64,000 bases of DNA from an uncultured Nitrososphaerota archaeon (lineage in GTDB: Archaea > Thermoproteota > Nitrososphaeria > Conexivisphaerales > DTJL01). A model generated the notes under the pieces. It did no database searches. It was not told the origin of the DNA and saw only the letters and a list, made by a program, of their open reading frames with translations. Below, piece after piece: positions 58,589-64,000 of the stretch (the first letter of the stretch is position 1; each line of letters opens with the position of its first letter). The position numbers and the translations under genes are program-made. The DNA lies in contig CAWJIE010000005.1 in assembly GCA_963842885.1 (NCBI GenBank), forward strand, positions 1 through 64,000, in the 5' to 3' direction.

Positions 58589-59869
58589 ATGTCGATGGCG
58601 AAGAAGCTCATCCTGACGCTGGTCGTGTTGGTGCTGTGCCTGGGCACCCTCTCCAGGGTATCGGCTGCCTCTACCCCTTCGGTCTTGGTGGCCAAGTTCT
58701 CCGTGGCCGTCGACCCAGGCAGCGATCAGTTCATCCAGGGAGTCGTGGCCCAAGCCCAGAACGATGGCGTGAAGGCCATCGTGATAGAGATGAACACTCC
58801 AGGAGGCCTGCTCGCGAACATGCAGGACATCATCAACGATATCACGGCCGCCAGGGACGCCGGAATCAAGGTCTACACTTACGTCGTGCCGGGCGGATGG
58901 GCTGCGTCCGCAGGCAGTTACATCGCCATGGCCACCGATGGGATCTACATGGGGGACGGCTCTGCCATCGGATCATCCACTCCGATCGTGGTTGGCGGGA
59001 CCGATCTCGAGGAGAACCATACGGAGAGCTTCATGCTCGCCTACATGGTGACCCTGGCGGAGAGCCATGATAGGAACACCACGGCAGCTGCGGCCATGGT
59101 CCTCGACGACCAGGCCTATTCGGCTGCGGATGCCATTCAGATCGGCATCGCCGACGGCAGCGCGAACAGCATATCCGGGGTCCTCGCCCAGGTGGGGCTG
59201 GCCAACGCTCAGGTAATCACTACGTCGCCCAGCGCCTATGACAGCTTCATCAGCGCCCTCAGCGACGCCACCGTGGACGGCTTCTTGTTGCTCCTCGGCG
59301 TCATAGCCATCCTCCTTGACCTGTTCCACGGGTCCATCGTCCTTACCGTCGTCGGTGTCATCTCCATAGCCTTGGGTCTGTTCGGCTCCCAGCTCATAGG
59401 AGCGCCGATCCTAGCCCTGGTGGTCTTCGCGGTGGCCGGGGCCCTGATCATACTCGAAGTGAAGGTTTCCCATGGCTTCGCCTTGCTCGCGGGCGTCGTC
59501 TGCGCCGTCTTCGGCATATGGCTCCTGGCGGGCAACGCGGCCGGGTACTCGCCGTCGCCTTTCGGCCTTCTCCAGTACGCCAGCTGGGCGGTGGTGGCTG
59601 CGCTCTCGTTCATCGGCAGCCTATACCTAATCAAGCTCAGGGAGGCGACCATGAGCCGCCCCAAGGCCGTCAGCCCGCAGAGGGTCATCGGCGGAGTCGG
59701 CTACATGCTCAACGATCTGAACCCACCTGACTTCGGCACCGCCAACATTTCTTCAGAGGATTGGAGCGTGAAGTCCGACACCCCGATCAAGTCTGGCGAG
59801 AGGGTCAGGGCGCTGAAGGTCGAGGGAAGCGTCGTGACCGTAGAGAAGGTCGACGCAGATGGCAGGTAG
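58589..59869 (+). CDS. NfeD (long form) membrane-bound ClpP-class protease
   Basis: NTPGG, AASAG, IGSSTP, TM domain, C-terminal OB domain. Confidence 0.9.
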   Translation: MSMAKKLILTLVVLVLCLGTLSRVSAASTPSVLVAKFSVAVDPGSDQFIQGVVAQAQNDGVKAIVIEMNTPGGLLANMQDIINDITAARDAGIKVYTYVVPGGWAASAGSYIAMATDGIYMGDGSAIGSSTPIVVGGTDLEENHTESFMLAYMVTLAESHDRNTTAAAAMVLDDQAYSAADAIQIGIADGSANSISGVLAQVGLANAQVITTSPSAYDSFISALSDATVDGFLLLLGVIAILLDLFHGSIVLTVVGVISIALGLFGSQLIGAPILALVVFAVAGALIILEVKVSHGFALLAGVVCAVFGIWLLAGNAAGYSPSPFGLLQYASWAVVAALSFIGSLYLIKLREATMSRPKAVSPQRVIGGVGYMLNDLNPPDFGTANISSEDWSVKSDTPIKSGERVRALKVEGSVVTVEKVDADGR

Positions 59870-60273
59870 TAGAAACGTCGGGCGCTTCGGCGTCATAGGC
59901 CTTACATTCATCACGGGCCTGGCCCTTGTGTGCGTGGTTTCGCTCATCATCGGGTACATGAGGGTGATTGACAACGAGGAGGGGGGCGGCACACTTGATC
60001 ATCGCCGGGCTCCTGCTTCTCCTGGTCGACGTAGCGTTGGTCGTCGGCCTGGCCACAACGAGGGCGGAGAGGGTCAAGAAGACCTACCATCGCCTTCAGG
60101 CTATGGTGGGGGAACAGGGGATTGTGAAGGATGCCATACCCGCTCACGGAAAGGGCGTGGTCCTCGTCAGGAACGAACTGTGGTCAGCCACCAGCTCGTC
60201 GGAGCTGCCCTCCGGGTCACTCGTCAACATCGTTAAAATAGAAGGCCTCCTCCTTTATGTTGAGGGGAAGTAG
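59859..60273 (+). CDS. Short NfeD-like OB-fold membrane protein, frameshifted
   Basis: MVGEQG.V..GVV.V.NELWSA..G..V.IV.IEGL.L.V; TM segments in both frames. Confidence 0.75.
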
Positions 60274-60278
60274 TCGGC

Positions 60279-61199
60279 TTGTTTTCCGCTCTTATGCAGA
60301 CCGCCGGCCAGCTCACCAGCTTGGTCGCGGTTCTGATCTTCCTTGCCATCATCGCCTTGTTCCTGTCGATGGCCATCAAGATCGTCAAGGAATACGAAAG
60401 GATAGTGGTGTTCAGGTTTGGCAGGGTCTTGGCGGAGAAGGGTCCTGGCCTCGTGCTGATCATCCCCTTCATCGATCAGCCAAGGAAGGTCGACCTCAGG
60501 GAGCGCTTCATACAGGTCCCGCACCAGACCTGCATCACCAAGGACAACGCCCCCGTCGACGTCGACTTCATAGTATACTACAAGGTGTTCAACGCGGCCG
60601 ACTCCGTCATCCAGGTGCAGAACTTCGAGGGAGCCGCCATGGGCATTGCCACCACGACGCTCAGGGCCGTCATCGGCGACATCGCCTTCGACGAGGTCCT
60701 GGCCAAGAGGGAGTCGGTCAACGCCATCCTCAGGACCAAGCTGGACGAGGTCACTTCCAGGTGGGGCGTCAAGGTCGCCAACGTCGAGATTAGGGAGATC
60801 CTTCCGCCGAAGAACGTCTCCGACGCCATGATCCTGCAGATGTCCGCCGAAAGGAGCAGGAGGGCAGTGGTCACCGAGGCGGAAGGGAAGAAGACGGCCA
60901 CGGTCACCGTGGCCGAGGGCGACAAGCAGTCCCAGATCCTGAGGGCGGAGGGCGACAGGCAGGCAGCGATCCTGAGGGCCGAAGGGTACGCTCAGGCCCT
61001 GGGGACGGTCTTCGGTGCCGCGAAGTCCATCGACTCCAAGACGATGGTGCTGCAGTATCTCGACGCGCTCAAGACCATCGGGTCCAGCCCTGCGACCAAG
61101 TTCATCTTCCCGATGGAGTTCACCGAGCTCATGGCGCCCATACAGAAGTTCCTCAGCTCGAGCTCCCACGACGCGAAGGAATCGAAGGACGACAAGTAG
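60279..61199 (+). CDS. SPFH/stomatin-like protein
   Basis: EYER.VVFRFG, ITKDN, TTLRAVIG, WGVKV..VEI, AER.RRA. Confidence 0.93.
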   Translation: MFSALMQTAGQLTSLVAVLIFLAIIALFLSMAIKIVKEYERIVVFRFGRVLAEKGPGLVLIIPFIDQPRKVDLRERFIQVPHQTCITKDNAPVDVDFIVYYKVFNAADSVIQVQNFEGAAMGIATTTLRAVIGDIAFDEVLAKRESVNAILRTKLDEVTSRWGVKVANVEIREILPPKNVSDAMILQMSAERSRRAVVTEAEGKKTATVTVAEGDKQSQILRAEGDRQAAILRAEGYAQALGTVFGAAKSIDSKTMVLQYLDALKTIGSSPATKFIFPMEFTELMAPIQKFLSSSSHDAKESKDDK

Positions 61200-61339
61200 G
61201 CCGAGGCTTGGCTGCTCGCAGCGCCTTTGCCCAGGGAACCCTCCGAGCCAACCCACGACCGCACCCGCAGATGACGCGTCTCCCGACCCCCTCATTCCCG
61301 CCGCATATCATAATTAGTAGGGAGGGCTCACCAGAGACG

Positions 61340-62947
61340 TTGCCCCTCCTCAACCTGGGCTCGCACGACGGCAGCCCGTTCTTCGCCGACGCCGACCGGA
61401 TCGTCACCGGAAGGACCTGCGTCATCGGCGCAAGCGGCAGCGGGAAGAGCTACCTTGTGGCCGTCCTGTGCGAGGAGCTCTGCAAGGCTGGCATACCCTT
61501 CCTGATCATCGACACAGAGGGCGAATACTACACTCTCAAGGAGAAGTACAACCTGCTGTGGGTCGGAGACGACGAAAGGTGCGACATCAGACTGAATGAG
61601 CTCAGGCTCGACGACCTGGCTGCGGCCGCCCCCGAGAGCCAGCCCATCATCCTCGACCTCTCCGAGACGGGAGACCAGCCGTCGGTGCTGGGGACCTTCC
61701 TGACCGCGTTGTACTCGGAGGTGTCGCGCCGCAGGCTGCCCTACCTGGTCGTCCTCGAAGAGGCCGACCGATTCGTCCCCCAGGCCGGAGAGAGGCTCCC
61801 GGTGCTCGACGAGATAGCCCGCCGCGGGAGGAAGAGGGGACTCGGCCTGGTCATCTGCACTCAGCGCCCTTCCGTGGTGGACAAGAACGTCCTCAGCCAG
61901 TGCAGCAACCAGCTCATAGGGAGGCTGGTCATAAGGAACGATCTGCAGGCCGTTTCGCATTTCTTCCCGGGGCAGCGGCTCCCGAAGCAGCTCACCACGC
62001 TCGCGCCGGGCTCCTTCTACGCCATGGGAGACCTGGCGCCGCAGCCTATCCAGGTCACGGTAAGGGCCAGGGAGACTAGCCACGGAGGGTTCACGCCGCT
62101 TCTATCGTCCAGGCCGCCTGCGCCGCTCCTCCCCTATCCCAGGAGCTCCACTCCTCATGGCATAGGCACATCCGCAGAAGGACGCGAGCGGGCGCAGGCC
62201 GGTGTGGCCCCCTCGGAGGCTACGGGGCCCGGTGGGACCTTCGGCTTCGCGTCGCGCATCAAACCGGCGGAAGTGCCCTCCCTGGTTCGGCTGGCGAGGA
62301 GCTATGTCCTCTTCGGTGGAAGGGAGATGATAGTCGGCGTCCAGAAGGTTCTGGTGCCCATCACCGAGCTGGTCGTGAGGTCCAAAGTGGGGCTGCTCAA
62401 GAAACACTATGAAACGAAGTATCTCCTCATCGACGGCCGAGATGGACGATCGGTGGAGGTGGGCGACGGCATATCCTTCGGCCTGGGCTTCTCACAGGTC
62501 TTGGGTCTGGAACAGAGGGACATCGAGGTACTTCAGGCCTTGGAACCCAACGGCGAACTCACCGTCTTCGATCTAGTAAAGAGCGTCAGGCTCTCCGAAG
62601 ACCTCGTCCGGCAATCGCTCAAGACCCTCGAGGACCGGCGCCTCGCCCTTTCCTACCGTCGGGGGAGGGTCAAGGTCTACCATAGGACGGTGGACGTTCC
62701 TCAGATTAGACTCGGGCCGAGGCAGGCCGTGGTCGAGAAGATCGACGAAGGGGGCACAAGGGAGGCGCCCAGGGCGAAGGACGAGGAGCTTCGCCAGATC
62801 GTCAGAGGCCTGGTCGAAGGGGGAGAGGTGGAAAGGACCTCTCTGATTTACTATCCTCTCTACAGGGTGCGGCTGGAGTTGAACGGGAAGGGGAGGACCG
62901 TGTGGATCGACGCCAGGACAGGCAGACAGGTGGAGACCGCCCAGTAG
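61340..62947 (+). CDS. HerA/DUF87-like ATPase with C-terminal wHTH
   Basis: GASGSGKS, IIDTEGEY, LEEADRFVP, RRGRKRG, TQRP; later LTVFDL..LVRQSL..LEDRRL wHTH. Confidence 0.85.
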   Translation: MPLLNLGSHDGSPFFADADRIVTGRTCVIGASGSGKSYLVAVLCEELCKAGIPFLIIDTEGEYYTLKEKYNLLWVGDDERCDIRLNELRLDDLAAAAPESQPIILDLSETGDQPSVLGTFLTALYSEVSRRRLPYLVVLEEADRFVPQAGERLPVLDEIARRGRKRGLGLVICTQRPSVVDKNVLSQCSNQLIGRLVIRNDLQAVSHFFPGQRLPKQLTTLAPGSFYAMGDLAPQPIQVTVRARETSHGGFTPLLSSRPPAPLLPYPRSSTPHGIGTSAEGRERAQAGVAPSEATGPGGTFGFASRIKPAEVPSLVRLARSYVLFGGREMIVGVQKVLVPITELVVRSKVGLLKKHYETKYLLIDGRDGRSVEVGDGISFGLGFSQVLGLEQRDIEVLQALEPNGELTVFDLVKSVRLSEDLVRQSLKTLEDRRLALSYRRGRVKVYHRTVDVPQIRLGPRQAVVEKIDEGGTREAPRAKDEELRQIVRGLVEGGEVERTSLIYYPLYRVRLELNGKGRTVWIDARTGRQVETAQ

Positions 62948-63069
62948 GGCCTTCTTCGTCCTGGTACGACGGTCTAATCCCGTCCAGCAGAAGGCTCGCG
63001 CCCGGGAGTCTTCCGACAAAGACGAAGGAGGGCTCCTCTCATATGGCTGATTAGCTTTGCTCGCTTTTC

Positions 63070-63363
63070 TCAACCGCCAGCGACGGGCGGTATCAGGACG
63101 ACTTCGTCTCCGTCCGAAATCTTCTCCTTGCCCATGGCGGCCGAGGGGCAGACCATGCCGTTGTGGAGCAACCTGTACCTCCTTGGCAGCTTTCCGTTAG
63201 CGTCCAGCACGGTGGGGACGAGCTCATCCGCGTGATGGGTCGCCAGCCACCGCAGCACATCTATGACCTTGCCTCCTTCCACTTGTACCTTCTCTTCGGA
63301 CATCCCCATGGCCTCTCTCACAAGCGCGAAGTACCTCAGCGTAACGGTGACCAACTCCGTCAC
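63070..63363 (-). CDS. MoaD/ThiS-family ubiquitin-like protein (SAMP)
   Basis: RYFA.VRE, NG, DGDEV.LIPPVAGG C-terminus. Confidence 0.9.
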   Translation of the reverse strand: MTELVTVTLRYFALVREAMGMSEEKVQVEGGKVIDVLRWLATHHADELVPTVLDANGKLPRRYRLLHNGMVCPSAAMGKEKISDGDEVVLIPPVAGG

Positions 63364-64000
63364 TCCTTCACCGGCGTGGCCCACCGCAGCTTGAGGCTCA
63401 GAGGGTGCGAGGCCTTGAAGTCGTCCAGCTGGCCAGACGAGTTGCACAGGGGCCTCTTCATCACGTCCTCGGGATGGTCGCCAGCCTCCCTTCCGATCTC
63501 GTTCAGGTTGTGTGCAAAGCGATCAATCTCCTCGACGGGCTCGGTCTCCGTGGGCTCGATCATCAGCGCCTCGTCCACGATGAGCGGGAAGTAGATGGTG
63601 GGGGCGTGCTGGCCCTCGTCGATGATGGCCTTCGCGACGTTCAGGGCTTTCACGCCCGTCTTGGCCAGCGGCTTGGAGGACACGACGAATTCATGCTTCC
63701 TCGGGACCCCTTCGGCGTAGGGGAGGGAGTAGTACTTCGGGTCGAGCTTCTTCATCAGGTAGTTCGAGGAAAGGACGGAGAGGCCGGAGACCTCCTTCAG
63801 GCCCTCCGGTCCCAACGTAAGAAGGTAGGCGTAGGCCCTGACGAGGACGCCGACGTTGCCCCAGAAGCTCTTCACCCTTCCCACGGAGTGAGGGAGCTCA
63901 TGCTCCCAGTGATAGAGGCTGCCGTCATAGGCGAGGAGCGGCGTGGGGAGGTAGTCGTGGAGGAAGGCCTTCACGCAGAGGGGGCCGGCCCCGGGGCCGC
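63360..64000 (-). CDS. gcvPB: Glycine dehydrogenase subunit 2, partial (runs off window)
   Basis: GPGAGP, FWGN, RAYAY, HEFV, HAPTIYFPLIV.EALMIEPTETE. Confidence 0.93.
   Translation of the reverse strand, partial: GPGAGPLCVKAFLHDYLPTPLLAYDGSLYHWEHELPHSVGRVKSFWGNVGVLVRAYAYLLTLGPEGLKEVSGLSVLSSNYLMKKLDPKYYSLPYAEGVPRKHEFVVSSKPLAKTGVKALNVAKAIIDEGQHAPTIYFPLIVDEALMIEPTETEPVEEIDRFAHNLNEIGREAGDHPEDVMKRPLCNSSGQLDDFKASHPLSLKLRWATPVKE

Noticed and set aside
541-60273. Many split genes read as pseudogenes or programmed frameshifts
   Set aside because: Single-base indels also hit housekeeping genes (top6B, kdpB, amt, MIPS) with otherwise intact motifs; this is the pattern of unpolished long-read error.
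26412-61295. Long antisense or alternate-frame ORFs (e.g. 26412-27575, 36491-37792, 48209-49426, 54628-56037, 60255-61295)
   Set aside because: Shadows of high-GC3 coding genes; no motifs of their own.

Overview
Archaeal genomic DNA, most consistent with a GC-rich, deep-branching Nitrososphaerota/TACK archaeon. This rests on aIF-2beta-DUF424-aIF-1A-RIO1-Dim2-top6B-top6A synteny, a divergent FtsZ, GAPN and BHB-intron tRNAs. Many genes carry single-base frameshifts, including essential top6B, so these are read as unpolished long-read errors rather than pseudogenes. Layout: (1) 1-540 is a foreign-looking beta-helix repeat gene fused into a DUF262 gene, probably a chimera. (2) ~540-9500 is a defence/DNA-modification island: DUF262/GmrSD-like, DpnI, tRNA-Ala, RusA, two tandem spore-photoproduct-lyase-like radical SAM genes facing a Zn-ribbon TcmP methyltransferase, and a GGCT-like gene. 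(3) 9484-19449 is a ~10 kb integrated element bounded by a 17-bp direct repeat shaped like a tRNA 3' end. It carries two tandem tyrosine integrases, a large wHTH protein, a triplicated module (22-26 bp palindrome + paired 21-bp boxes + HTH gene) and a ParB-DNA methyltransferase fusion. (4) Then ABC exporter, kdpABC, CoA transferase and dihydropyrimidinase. (5) tRNA-Leu with two non-canonical introns, then tRNA-Ile2 with a 3.6 kb island (nikR-cbiM-nikN, ICMT) ending in a tRNA 3' copy. (6) A double-cubane cluster protein with its activator, a DeoC-like protein lacking the catalytic Lys, and a tRNA-Asn with three introns including one at 8/9. (7) Core information-processing genes, gapN, an orphan MTase, amt, nfeD-nfeD-SPFH, a HerA-like ATPase, a SAMP and gcvPB. 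Best candidates for undescribed systems are the dual-integrase element with its repeated palindrome/HTH modules and the 2x SPL-like radical SAM + TcmP locus.
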